Below are positions 38,901 through 51,867 of a stretch of DNA of 64,000 bases, piece by piece (position 1 is the first letter of the stretch; each line of letters opens with the position of its first letter). The notes beneath the pieces were generated by a model. The model saw only the letters and a program-made list of their open reading frames with translations. It had not been told where the DNA came from and did no database searches. Source of the stretch: Paraphysomonas bandaiensis (taxonomy: Eukaryota; Protista; Chrysophyceae). The position numbers and the translations under genes were made by a program. The stretch covers positions 124,001 through 188,000 of the forward strand of contig CBFFRP010000445.1 of NCBI GenBank assembly GCA_965644295.1. Direction: 5' to 3'.

Positions 38901-40622
38901 TGCTGGTAACTGAATTTCTGGATCACTCTCGCTGCTACTATCTTCATCTTTACTCAGCACCATTTTACCGTTGCGGTAGTCTTCATGAACTTCCCATATG
39001 TTCTCTTGCTGATTCCTGTCGTCGAATTGTGTCGCATCGTTTCGGCTGCGTACAATGGCCGTCAGAATGTATTCAGGAGCACTTCCTGGTTTCACTGCTT
39101 GTTGTTTACCACCTCGACTGCGAAGCTCCAATCTAGTTGAGGCTAAGAACATATCCTTCACAGACCTAAATTATAATCAAGTGAAGGTCTGCATTTGAGA
39201 AACTTGGCGAAAGAAACTGAATTACGTGCGTAAATATATATCAAAAATTATTCAATCAGAACACAAAACACACAGAAGCACTGTCCGATCCCACCATACC
39301 GGTCATATCTCTCTTTACGCCTCCTATCCGCTATGCGTTCATTGAGGTAGTTAAGCGAGTCAGTCATGCTTACTGTAACAGCTCCGATAACGAGAGACAA
39401 CATGACCAGGCCGCACACAATTACAAATAGAATAAAGTACATTGAGGATAGTACAAATTGTTTTTTAGGGGAAGAGCATTTCAGCAACTCAAAAGAGGAA
39501 GCCGATTCATTCCCATATATATACGCATACCCATCGCAACCAAAAGAGTTTAAGTACATGATATCTGACCATGCATCTAAAGTGGAGCACCGGAAAAGGG
39601 TCATAAGGGCAATAGGAACAGTTGCAAAGTGGAATGGGTCATTCTTGCTGAATAAAATCCATCTACGAAACGAAAAATATTAAACATAAAGGGACATGCG
39701 TCGATGAATAAGACATGTGGATAATACTACAATGATGTGAACGCTCACAGTAAATAACGGTCATGTTATAGTGTGACTTACCCACATACCGCAAAGAGGT
39801 AGAAAACCAAGAGTAACAAGAGTAGAATGTACCCTGAAATAAAAATAAGAATTCTACTGCTACTAGGGTAGAGAGATAGACTGTACTGCACGTTACACAT
39901 AATACATTTTTTTCACCCAATGCACGACGCTGCATAAGCTATGTTGAATCGACATACTGTGTGATCTTTACGAACAAAAAATAGTCCACGCATAGCGAAA
40001 TACCGCAGCATATATCATAGGGCGCGCATTTCATGTATATAATGCACATTCTACTCCAAATTATGATGTATACAGCACCTATAGATGCGAGTCCACCGGT
40101 TAGACCTTGCACTATCATCTGAAGAGCCGGGACTTTCTTGATTAGCTTTGCCAGTCTCATTAACCTAATTAATCGCAATAGTGCTAGTGAGCCACCACCA
40201 AAAAGTCCATCCCAAAAAGGTAGAGATAGAAAAACAATGGCGAAGTCGAAGTTGTTCCATTTCCATTCTGGTCCTGTTATTCACCAATGAAAATGACGCG
40301 GATAATCAATACACACAGCATATGACCTACCCGTGAAATACATGTACGGTGCCAACCCCTCACTCAATACTTTAACGACTACTTCAAACCCAAATACACA
40401 AAGAATGGAATTGTCTATAACGTTTAAAATGTATACGTCATCCATCTGTTCATAGCTCTGTATGCCGACAGTGATGCCAGCGATGACTATCACGCCGATA
40501 ATAAAGTAATTGAACCTCTCGTCCTCCACTAAACAGTGACAATAAGAGGTCAGATTTAAGTATTTGCGTCTCAGTCCAGTATGAAATAAGGGGTCGTAGT
40601 AGTAACCGGGCGGTCGCTTCAT
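35920..40622 (-). CDS. Two-repeat (2x6TM) voltage-gated cation channel with a C-terminal EF-hand; about 7 exons
   Basis: Repeat I has WNNFDF, S4 LRLIRLMRLAKL and pore FRCSTLDAWSD. Repeat II has WNVFDF, S4 LRLLRLLRVLKL and pore FRCSTLDDWSE. EF loop DLDGGGTIEINE. The splice from ~39300 to 39165 (CG|G TCT GTG) joins the repeats in frame. Confidence 0.88.
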
Positions 40623-42979
40623 AATACCGATACGATTATACAGTAACAGACGGATGAAGGTGCTCTATGACTGACTAGCCGCTATAGGGCGCACACTACA
40701 TTCACATTGTAAAGTTAATAGCATGTGTATCGTTGACAATCTAGTCACGGTGATGTTGCTGTGCGTGTCCATGTAACTGGGCTCGAGTGCTGTCTGTCTG
40801 TGTGTCTGTCTCCAGGTGCTCTACACTCACTAGTGAAGTACAGCACTACGACAAATACAGTGCAGTATACACAACACACTACACTGGTATGAATGAAACT
40901 GAAACCCAGGAATAAGTAGCGAATCATATATCTCTATTCACTTTTGATTTGTTGATATTATTGCTGGAATGGAGTGTGGAATGCTGATGGCTTAGCTAGA
41001 ATACGAGGAGAGTTCCCTGAAGGAATGAGTAATTATATTAACGCACGGCATCAACAAGGTACTGTGTAGACCCCATTAACATATGCGCTGTTGACTGCTC
41101 CATTTCTTTCTGACCATTCCGAGTGGTGGACGTATGCCATTTCCTTGAGAGCTGGATCTCACAGACAGAGGAGATGTTATGGCAACTCTTCACGAGAATT
41201 TTCTGCTTTATTGCTTGATCTAAGTGTACAAGAACCAATCGCGTAACTGATATCTATTGGTAATTGTACCCTTGTTTCTATCTAGAAATCTCGTATATGT
41301 TATGTGTGTTACATTTCACAGAAAGTCCTAAACGTTGGACATGATGAGTCACAGATGTAACGTACAGTATGAATATTGGTTGTGCGTAAAGTAATAGTGA
41401 GTAGATATGCTTTGTATTCAGCTGCGGGAGCGATATATTGCAGATATAGCACAGAATGGGAAACCTCCCACATTTTTGACACATATTAAACGTAAGTGTA
41501 AGAAGTATGTAAATATTAGATATGATGTTTGATATCATTGAAGTCGTAATACATGTTGTCTATTGAAGTGGACTTATTGGGGTCAAGGAGTTTAAAAAAT
41601 CTTCTGACTGCCAAACTGTATTTCTGTGCAAAGTGTGCAAATATAGTTTGCACAACGACCGATACCCATTATTCCTAGGTTAAATTGTAGCTTTCCCTCA
41701 TATAGTTGAAAACATATAATAGTAACATCAAGTATTTTTTCAAGCCCGTTGCATTCAAGGCCAGGTAAAAATATATTGGTAAGCTACACTATATTCATTA
41801 TTATTTTAGCAAAAATTGGCCTCGCAATATATTGATATATATTGCTCATGCTTGAAAAATTGATTTGTTTAATCATAAATTACTTTTCATAACCACATAA
41901 CTCATCTATTATTATAATTCAGGGCTAGTGAACAATATATTGAATTGCAATATTTTACACCACCAGCCTAATATTCCATCAACTTTGTTTCTGTTAAAGT
42001 AGTTCACAATACTATTGCAATTTTTTCAATCAATATTATGATAGTCATAATATATGAAAAGATTCTCAACTGTAGGGTGCAAAGTATACGCCCATGTACA
42101 TAAATACCCCTAAAAATAAGAAAATAACCTATTCTTTATATTATTTCTTGGTTTTTACTCATCACTCGCTCTGCACTCTCTATACATGTACACTATTTCT
42201 CTTAATATGCATAATATACTGTACCATATATCATATATATCACATACATCATACTGATAAGAAGTGACGCCTGAACGATGAATGCTTACAAGAGTAGAGA
42301 TATTTACAGCTGCTTTTGATGTAGACTTCAGACTTAATTTTTCCGTCAAAGAGTAATGCTCATCGGTAGCAAAGAGATGTGAAACCTGATGAAGCACCTG
42401 CTAATGAAGAGGCTTAAAGCAGAGTTAGAATGCATCCTTGCTACGTGGCCAAACCAGTTTGCTACCAGAAAGGATTAATGCCATACGACGGCCCACTTCT
42501 ATCTTTCAGGTTCAGCGTGTATAAGGTCCTGTATCATTAATCAGAGGCCACCAGATGTAGTGACTTATAAGATTCCTACTTCGACAGAATTCTGATCACC
42601 CGTCCTATACTACTCGACGACTTGAGAAATGTAGTTCCAATACAAGTGAATGCCTGTTGAGCGCAGTTGGACTTATTATCTCAGTTCTGAGCTAGACTTA
42701 TATTTCCCTGTTGCAATAGTATTGTTCAGGGTCAGTCAACAATATATTACAAGCAAAAATAAATATTCAAGACCACAATAATAATTATTAAATATAATAT
42801 GTTGCAATATATTGATATGTATTGGGCGCTATGAAGAAGAAATGAGTTCGTTCGGTAGTAACTAGTAAGTAGAGGTTTTACAACATAATGATGAAAACCC
42901 AATAACAAAGCAGCAACTAGTACTCCAAGTGTTTCAACTACTCGTCACTGTCGTCCTCATTCTTATAATCATCAATGAC

Positions 42980-43380
42980 CTGTTGCACTGTCTTTGCGGA
43001 GCAGCAGCAGTTCGAGGCGTCGTGGAGTCATTCTTTGTCGCAAGTGTGTCATAATAACCTTGACTCTGCTGAACAAACACTACACAATGTTAATTGTACT
43101 GAATATGTGCTTCGACGATCGATTCTGGGTATCAAGCTGTCGTCATAACTTCTTGGTAGCTGGCTTTCAAATGCAGCAGCAGCATTTCTTACATATGCCA
43201 CTTCGACGGCCCCATCCGCTGTTCTCTCTTGTCGAGTCAGAGATTCCTTGTGTATCAATTCTGAAGCTTCACAGTGGTCTTATTGAAGGTAGGGTTTTGA
43301 ACAATATCAGCATCTACGGAGAGGTGGGAATCTGTAACAGGAAAAAGATTCTATGATTTGCTTCGTTGAAAACATACTGT
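42980..43380 (-). pseudogene. hAT transposase C-terminal relic
   Basis: Translates HLSVDADIVQNPTF and KHIFSTINIV*CLFSRVKVIMTHLRQRMTPRRLELLL, homologous to the 60293, 61331 and 61618 relics. Confidence 0.7.
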
Positions 43381-44550
43381 ATGTGCAATGATATATTTTG
43401 TTGTCTCTTTGCTTAATAAGAATATCTGATTATTACATGAGAGCGATGTTCAGAACTAGTTTTACATCTATACACTACCTAATAACTGGGCTGCTATTTA
43501 CGACTAGTGGTGGGCAACCGTCTCGGAACTACTTGTGCATCGTTAATACTACACAAACAGAATAGCTTTTAAAACATTTCTACATCTAAATACTGTAAAA
43601 ACACTAGTTTTCCCCAAAATTTCGTAAAATTCCTACGTTTACAAAGTGTATACTTAATGAAACAATGAAATCAGATGAATGAATCGATCAAAACACATCA
43701 TGAGCAGAGATGGAGAGTCAACCCACTGAACTATACTGTCAAAGTACTAATAGCAAACGGTTTCTTCGCCTGTTCACATACATATTGTACGTAATAAATA
43801 TGAAAGATGATGGCCGAGTAGTTTGGGACCGTATACTGTACAGTAATAGCTTAGTATTATAGTTTGGGTGGATGTGACGATCATTTTACTGGCACTTACT
43901 TATTGACAGTTTAGACTGACATTCTATCTATATTACAGATTATAAGAAAAAAGTATTTGTACGAGGATAACAGCATCAAGTTAAGCAATTTGGAGTTTAC
44001 TATTGGTGAATAGCTTGACAGAGAAAAAGTACGATTCTAGTATTGAACATGAATAGTGTTCTTCGTTGCAGGTTGTTATCATAATATGTAGTAATAGTAG
44101 ATGAGTTATGTGATTATGAAAAGTAGTTTATGATTAATCAAGTATATTTTCTAAGGCACACCTGCATGAGTAATATATATTATATATCAATATATTGTAA
44201 TATATTGCGAGGTATTTTGCTAAAATAATAATCAATATATTGTTGCAAAAAGAAGATTGAGGCTTACGTCCCGGCTGTTTATTTCAGATATTAAGAGAAA
44301 TCAATGTTCTGGCACTATCAGCTCCTACTTGCACGGATTCGAAGCCAGCAGAATAGGTAGTAACTATGCACACTACACACAATCCTTAAAGGCACGTGAT
44401 AGTTAATGTTAATACATATCCATCTCCACTGTTTAAGTTATAGCCACTGAGAAATACTAAAGTATCAGTATACCTATCGTCCTGTGTATTAGAGATTTCG
44501 CAACATTTTCTTGAAAGGGCAAGTGTACTTCAGTTCTCCGACCAATCACT

Positions 44551-46432
44551 TTAGGCATCTCCGGTGGCCTTCTTCTTCTTACTCTTCTTCTTTTTCTTGT
44601 TCTCTGCAGCGAGGAGGTTCTGAATGTCCTCGGGAAGGGTCTTTCCTTCACTCAGAGCCATGCCTTCTGGGAGACTCATGCCTGTACGAACTCAATGAAA
44701 ATGGATACAACATGCACATAGGCAGATGTCCGGCACCACGACATATTGCATATGTATGGAGTGTTTGATACCTGTGATCTTGGTGGTTCCGGACGGCAAC
44801 AGAAGGACAGTGAACTTAACGTGCACAACGTGGTCATCTGCTCTCTCGTATAGCACAGGGTATGGTGCAATGAGCTCGTGCTGAACAAGCTCACGGACTC
44901 CTAACTTCGCCTGCCTCTCATCCTCCAGTGACCTAAGCATATCAACACTTAACATGAAGCAACGTATTCCTCAACAGTCTCTACATCACACGGAGTACAA
45001 ATAGACAAACTATCACTGAAAACAAAACGTAGCCAGAAGATGAGGAAAAGCGTGAAGATACTTACCGAAGAGAGAAAGGAAGAGTAGGAAACTTTTTAGA
45101 AATTTCAGAGAACATGGCGCGAGAGGCCTTCATCTTGAGATTGTAAGTGCGATCAACATTGCGCTTATACACAGTTGTTCTCGTGTCCTAGCAGTGGGGT
45201 AGAGCAAATAAGCTCATGAGAAAGTACAAGTAGCTCATATGACAAGTAGTGTTGCTTTTCTCCTAGTCTACCATAAGCAGGTGTGATATAAGGCTTACCA
45301 TATCCCTGGGCTTGCCTTCTCCAGTCGACATAGCTACATCCACGGCGTACACCTCGTTTGCCTCAAAAGTGCACTCTTCCGCTTTCTGCTCACCCTCTTC
45401 TCTTAGCATAATCACCTGGCAAATATATTCAACTTACAAGCTTCCAATGCATCATACTTTAGCCGATACCTTGGAAGCGTCAATGACGTATCTCTTCATC
45501 TGGTGCATGACTGTGCCAGCAACAGCTTGAACACCGTACGCATCTCCAACAGCTTTTACTCCCTCCGACACCTACATACCACCCAAAGTAAGTACACTAT
45601 ACTGAACAGAACATATTTATACGCGGAATAATAGTACAGATCTCTACCTGCTTGTTGGTGTTGCCAGGTGTGATCAATCGAGCAGCAACTTCAGCAGCAA
45701 TATATGCAGCATTCAAGCAATCCGCCTATCCCAATAACATAATTATAAGGGATGAATAATCTTTGTCGTCAATCTACCTGAGAGCCGGTGACAGTGACAG
45801 GAGCCTCTCCAGGTACGATAACGGTGTGGGCTGCCACAGCAATGTAGCCGTCCACGTGGCACCCAAGGTCAACCTTCACGCTGTCACCAGCAGCAAGAAC
45901 AACCTGTGGAGTATTGTACATGTCATGAGGACATTACTTAATAGGCATAGTTTGAATTGCGTACTGGAGTGTCGGACTCAAGGGGGCTGAAGTGGCACAG
46001 ACACTCGTTCACAGACAAGCACACTGGGAATGCAACACCTTTCTCCACTGGCTTACGTCCTTTCTTTGGACGATAAATTGCATCACATTTCTATCAATAT
46101 ATTAATATATCGAATGTATTGAATAGAATGTGAGTTACTTACAGTGACAATAGCAGCATCACCGGCCTTGCATATGTCCAGTACGGTCGCACCGGGCACA
46201 CACTGTATACATACATATGAGTTGATGTATATGATATGACAGTATCTCATATAAGAGTGTAGAGTAGAGTAGAAGGGAGCTTATCGCTTACCATCGCAAT
46301 AATTTCAGTCAGTGTGGAGTTGACAATCTTTGCTGCCTCCTGATACTTGGTAGTGACATCACTGTTAGCTAGAGTAGTATCCTCCTCCTTCTCCTCTTCA
46401 CCAGAGATCTTCTGATCTTCAAATTCTGACAT
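44551..46432 (-). CDS. PA2G4: Proliferation-associated 2G4 / EBP1 (M24 peptidase-fold, non-catalytic), multi-exon
   Basis: VTTKYQEAAKIVN, KGVAFPVCLSVNECVCHFSP, DLGCHVDGYIAVAAHT, TFEANEVYAVDVAMSTGEGK, AKLGVRELVQHELIAPYPVLYE, and a Lys-rich tail ending at TAA 44551. Confidence 0.93.
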
Positions 46433-46949
46433 TTTATTAAGGTACTAACGTGAAATATACTCCTTGACGGAAGCTAACGCTAACACTGTGAGGTGCCTGT
46501 ACTGTATATAGCAGGAACCAACTCAGCAGCAGATTCTTGTTTTCACGTATAGAGCTCGCCGTCAGAGCACTGGATATCATCCACACCTGCGGACAGCTCT
46601 GTGCCACATACACGCTGCATCCTTGCTACTCCTCCTGTCAAGACTGCACACAGAGGAGTATGAGATGGACACATCAGCGGGTATACTGAAATACGGTGAC
46701 TGTAGTCGAGAGTGCGTTGATCTCTATGAGCTGAGTGAGCTGAGGAGTTGGGAGTTAAGTTACTGTTAGTTGAGGTGAAGCGCTGACCACACATTAGCTT
46801 CCGGGTTCTGATTTATTTGGTGCGCTCATGTTTTTCCTCAAGAAACTGCGCCGTGATATTCAACTTGAACCTATTCATTTTGGACCGAATTTAAAGGAGC
46901 ATGTAAAGTAGGTGCCTGTTAAGGATGCTGTCGTGCAGGTAATTTTATG

Positions 46950-47480
46950 GGTTTGACAGAGATAGAGTTAGGAGGGAGCTACTAGGGGTTTAGTAGTAGT
47001 TTGATATGAGAGGTAGATAGTAATTTTGACCAGATCAGAAGATATCATGAGGCAAGATCTAGGGTTGGAATCTTGATGTCAGCAGATGTCAGGTATATCA
47101 ACATTCTGCTTGCTCACTGCGTTTGCTTGAGTGATAGAGCGAAAGATGTTGCACCTCTTGGTGCTTGCGGTGACACACAAGCAGGTTTCGCAGCGTTAAA
47201 TAGTCTGATATCAGAGTTAAGCACTAGTTAGTTGAACTGCGAAATTAGTTCTGACTCTTAAACAACACCTATTGCTAATAATAAGACATTCACTACTATG
47301 TTCCTATTTCTGGAAGTGGAAAACTAGCTATTAGTGGTTGGGAAATTGCTTCTACATTTAGCATGATAAAATAGGCACAAGGATGTTGAGTTTTGCTGTT
47401 TTGACGAATTATAAGATGTTTCTCTAAGATACTTGAACTGAAACCGTTACTTGAAAAATATAGTATATTGAATGAACTAA
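46950..47480. mobile_element. Degraded LTR-like copy interrupted by a retroposon 3' fragment (47075-47294)
   Basis: 47000-47070 and 47305-47345 resemble successive parts of the 6468-6969 element. The intervening sequence is the shared retroposon tail ending ataagacattcact. Boundaries approximate. Confidence 0.55.
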
Positions 47481-48104
47481 TAATAATATATTATGATAAT
47501 AGGAATAACAGTAGTGAAATTTAAAAAATAATATATTTATAGTGAACGTATAATATCTGCTATTAATATTATTAGTAAAGAATGTATCAATACTAATATA
47601 CTAACACAGAAAACTATTTATTATCACTCTAGCAACTAGCCAGTTTTAACAAGGAAAACACGTCAAAAACGTGGGAATTGTTTTTCCGTGTTTGCGTATT
47701 GTTCACTTTTGGTACTTTTGGTAATTGAGAGATTACGTATATATAATATAATGTAGTGCTAATTATAAAATATAAAATTAAGCTTTTAGTTAGTGCAATA
47801 TTGACTGATTAATATTATAGGAGATATAGCAAGTTAATGATGTTGTAGCACTGTGAGTTAGGAACCACGTCATTCACCAACATCAACCTTCTGTTCTACA
47901 AATCACATCTTTAACAGCTACTATATTTTCAGTTTCTTTGTATACTTGTAATAGCTACTCCTATACTGTAGTCATGTATATTCTGTATTTTATTGCTACA
48001 TAAAATACAGGATAACTACTAGCGATTGGCTTTACCAAACTTCAAGTACGCACGTAGGAGTTCGTTGTAGTTCAATATAAAAATCCCAGCGAATAATGTC
48101 AAGT

Positions 48105-48445
48105 AGTGAATGTCGTATTATTAGCAATATGCGTTAAAGAGTCAATAATGCTTATAACTCTGATATCCTACTATTTAACGCTACGAAAGCTGCTTGTGCA
48201 TCACTACAAGCACTATGAGGTGCAGCATCTTTCGCTTTATTACTCAAAGTAAGCGCAGTGAGCAAGCAGAATGTTGATATACCTGACACATATATTAGTG
48301 TCGCTCTTGCACTACACAAGCATTCGGCTATGAGTGGGCAGAACAATATCTGCTGACTATGTTTGCGGCTCACATCCCGGAGAAATATCTCCGGTACTTA
48401 CCTCCACAGAACACCATGAAAGGTGCGAGTCTAACTTTGTCGAGA
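48105..48445 (-). mobile_element. Retroposon-family copy, reverse strand
   Basis: Reverse complement of the 25040-25190 body and of the shared 3' module. A second short tail copy lies at 48584-48650. Confidence 0.7.
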
Positions 48446-48938
48446 AGATTAATGTAAAGATACAATACTGTATTCCTTATATAATACTATTATAGATGAT
48501 GTCACATTATAAAAGAGTATATGGACAAATCAAAAGACAAATATATATTAATAAAAAGGAAGAGTAATGCTGATATACTCAGTAGTGAATATCTTATTAT
48601 TAGCAATAGGCGTGTAAGAGTCAGAACTTATATCAAAACAAGTTAACGCGATATACTCGGTAATATTTTTCTAGAAAAAATTTTCAATTCAAAATTGTTC
48701 ATACACATATAATATAACATTCAGACAATATCAGTATTCTTGACGCCGATAATTACAGACAACTTGATACTGCAAGAGTAATATTAAATATTGCTGTATG
48801 CGAATATGCAGTCAGTATTTTCAGAGAACATTGAGAGAGAAGACAAATTAATGTATAGTCCAGCTTGTTAAAGCAAAGAAGATGTTTGTTATAGAAGTGT
48901 ATATAAATGAATTACAAAACTAAGTATTTATGCATATG

Positions 48939-50210
48939 TGTAACGACTACGGAACGGAACCTAGAAACAGCGGTTATTAATCTCCTGCAACCGCTTTACA
49001 CTGCAGCGAAGCTTATGTTACAGGATCGCGGTTGTCGCTATATCACCATGTCCAAAAGGCCGCCCAGGCTTCTCCCGAGACCCCGTCCGAAACGCAGTCA
49101 GTCAAGACAACGTCCGAGAGTCCTTCGCTTACTAGGGGTCCAACGACGACCCCCCACAGCGTATCCGACTCCAGACACACGTGCACACCTCACAGGTCCT
49201 ACCCGACAGAGCACTGGACTGCCCAGACCTCCACAACGCCGACGGCTTCGACAACTCTATCTACACCCGCGGCCCCACAGGAGCACAGTAACACAGACTA
49301 CAAACCCTACCCCTCCTCCCAACAATCCCCACCACCCTCAACCCACACATCTGGAACTAGGTGCACTCAAGACCCTAATTCAGAACGCTGAGCCCCCTCC
49401 AAAACCAATGGAGACCCATCCCAAAGGGAGACCCCCAGATCAATAGCGCCGGTGAGTCCACGGACACACCATAAAGGCGAATTTCATATCACACAAAAAG
49501 AACGGAAGTGGTTGCACCTTGGTGCTTGCGGCGACGCACAAGCAGCTTTCGTAGCGTTAAATAGTAGGATAAAAGAGTTTGTATTGATTAGTTACGGGTA
49601 GTGGTCTAACTAGTATGACTAGCATTCTTCTAGCCACTAATTGATGCAAGGTCTCAACGCCTATTGCTAAATAATCAGACATTCACTACGACTACGGATG
49701 ATTGATCCTCTCGCCACAATGACTAACATTGCTGGTCTTATCATCCCTGTCCATGTGCAGGTGATATAGGGTAGGAATAGCCTTCTTACAACACTCAACT
49801 TTACTCTTCTTACCCTTATATTCTATTCTTAACTTTTAACTCGACTACTCCTTCTTAACTAAGGGCTTAACTCAACTATATCTAAAAGTCCATATCCTTC
49901 TCAGGCTTGCATAACCATTAATGGCCATTATTATTATATTATCCCCATAGCTATTTATTTCTAGAAGTGGTTCCCAACCTTAAATAGCTAGTTTTCAACT
50001 TCCAGAAATAATCCTGTACCTATTCTTATATCATCGTACAGAATACCTACGTATACCATCATAAAACTGTACGGGCTATCGTTCATCCATATGTGCGGAT
50101 AGTCCCAGTACACTCCAACAGTATAACTAGCCTTAATACTCCTATCTTCTAATCTAATCTAATCATAATCATAACTACATCTCATCTCACATTAATTCAA
50201 AAACCTTATA
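48939..50210. mobile_element. Solo-LTR-like element hosting the 48954-49687 insertion
   Basis: Removing the insert restores tgtaacgactacggatgattgatcctctc..., homologous to the reverse complement of 6468-6969, e.g. aatagctagttttcaacttccagaa and gatagtcccagtacactccaac. Confidence 0.6.
48954..49687 (+). mobile_element. 5'-truncated non-LTR (LINE- or Penelope-like) insertion with an 11-bp TSD
   Basis: acgactacgga occurs at 48943-48953 and at 49688-49698. The insert ends in the shared 3' module. Confidence 0.8.
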
Positions 50211-50668
50211 TGCAACCTATAATTGCTCGAAATGGCGATAATATTTAAAAGAGTGTGAATATGAAGCGATAGTGGAATAGACGGTGAAAGAAGAATGAGA
50301 TTTTTCCCTGACTTTTTTTTGTCGTCATCTTGTGTGTGCCTGCTTCCAACTCATTAAGTTGTTAATGATTTGTTAAAAATAATAGCAAGTCAGGTCAACT
50401 TTTATTTTCTGAAACGAAGTTGGATTTAGCTGCATTATAATACTGACCGGAACTTTGCAATGATCAGGTATATCACGAAATGAATAGTACAAATGACCTG
50501 AAAGCAGTCTAATCAGTAGAATATATGATTACTCTATCACGTAGACAATACAACAAATACATACCTGTGCTATAGCAATAAAAAGTTAAACGGCAATATC
50601 ACATATTAGTACCGCACATAACAAGTCTCTCAGTTTCGACACCACCTGTGTCTCGTCTTTGTCAGCTG

Positions 50669-51578
50669 TCACAACTGTGAGTTATCAGCGTGTCGTCTCA
50701 TAGCTCCATCATCATCAAAGTACAGTGCTTGAAAATTTGGCGGCTTGCCCCCTCTGACATGAATCTCAGATCTAAGTGAGGCCAGGGTTTTGTACGTGTA
50801 TATACAATTGATTCCAGGAACTGCCAGACAAAGGCATGGCTTGAGCACATCACCGTACCAGTCAGAGCCCCCGATACCATACGATTTACGCATAATGTGC
50901 TGCAACTGGCAGACATTCAAACATCCCATGGCCCCGAACCAAAATGGCTAAAGCAGATCAGAAATGTAGAAGACCGTGAAAAGTGCATAGTACGTACCGA
51001 TCCTGTTAGTTGGGAATATATGTCGATCACCTCGCATGGGCAAAAGAGACACGTGCAAAGGAAGTCGCAAGGGTCACCAGAGCAAGAATGCTCCCTGGTC
51101 GGAGCCAACCACGGGTACTCTGTTAAACCTGTCACACTCCGCAATCTCGGGCCTTGCGCATCCACTTCATTTAGCAACTGGGCAATGGAGCAAGGTGCAC
51201 AGGCACAGGGAATGCAAAAATCGGACACGCCAATCCTAAGACACACGTAAATATAAATGTTGATACCTTTAGTAAAACACCTTCCATCGATTCCATAGCC
51301 ATTCCGTATATAGTTTCGTACCAAACATGGACTACAGAAGCAGCAACAGTTGAAACAGAAATTGCTGCCATCAAAAGATTTTTTGGCCGAAGCAAGCGCA
51401 CAAACTGGACAGAATGTGGCATAACAACACTGACAGTTATACAAGTTACTAATTGCAAAGTAAACTAGAGGTATGTTACATTGGAGAGGTTCGAGCAACA
51501 GCCTCCCAGCAAACTAGTGGACCACTCAGGATATGCTCGTTGTATCGTTTCGTAAGTTTTGGGGCTAACAGTATCCAT
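50669..51578 (-). CDS. PLAC8-family cysteine-rich protein with two tandem PLAC8 repeats, about 4 exons
   Basis: WSTSLLGGCC, CCYATFCPVCA, RNYIRNGYGIDG..DFCIPCACAPCSIAQLLNE. Second repeat CTCLFCPC...HIMRKSYGIGG. Confidence 0.85.
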
Positions 51579-51867
51579 TGTCTATGTCTCTCAGCGCTAT
51601 GTGTGGGCACAGCGAAGCTAATCGATGCTTATCATGCACCTGAGCTGAAGAACTCGAAGATATACACTCAGTCCCGCTGTATCCCACTGTATATCTCTGT
51701 ATACCACGACCATACAGGTATTTTTTTCCACCACAGGAGTGCTCTGCTGCTGTGTGTGTGTGATTGCTCCGCTCTGCTCTGCGCAGGCCGCCCAGTTGTT
51801 TGCTGCGTGTGCACCCCCATCTCATTAGAGTATTTAGGCTTAGTAATCATATCGCTCTGTTGCCGTT

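Noticed and set aside
47075-47294. Hammerhead ribozyme in the retroposon tail
   Set aside because: No CUGAnGA...GAAA core in the correct stem context was found by eye.
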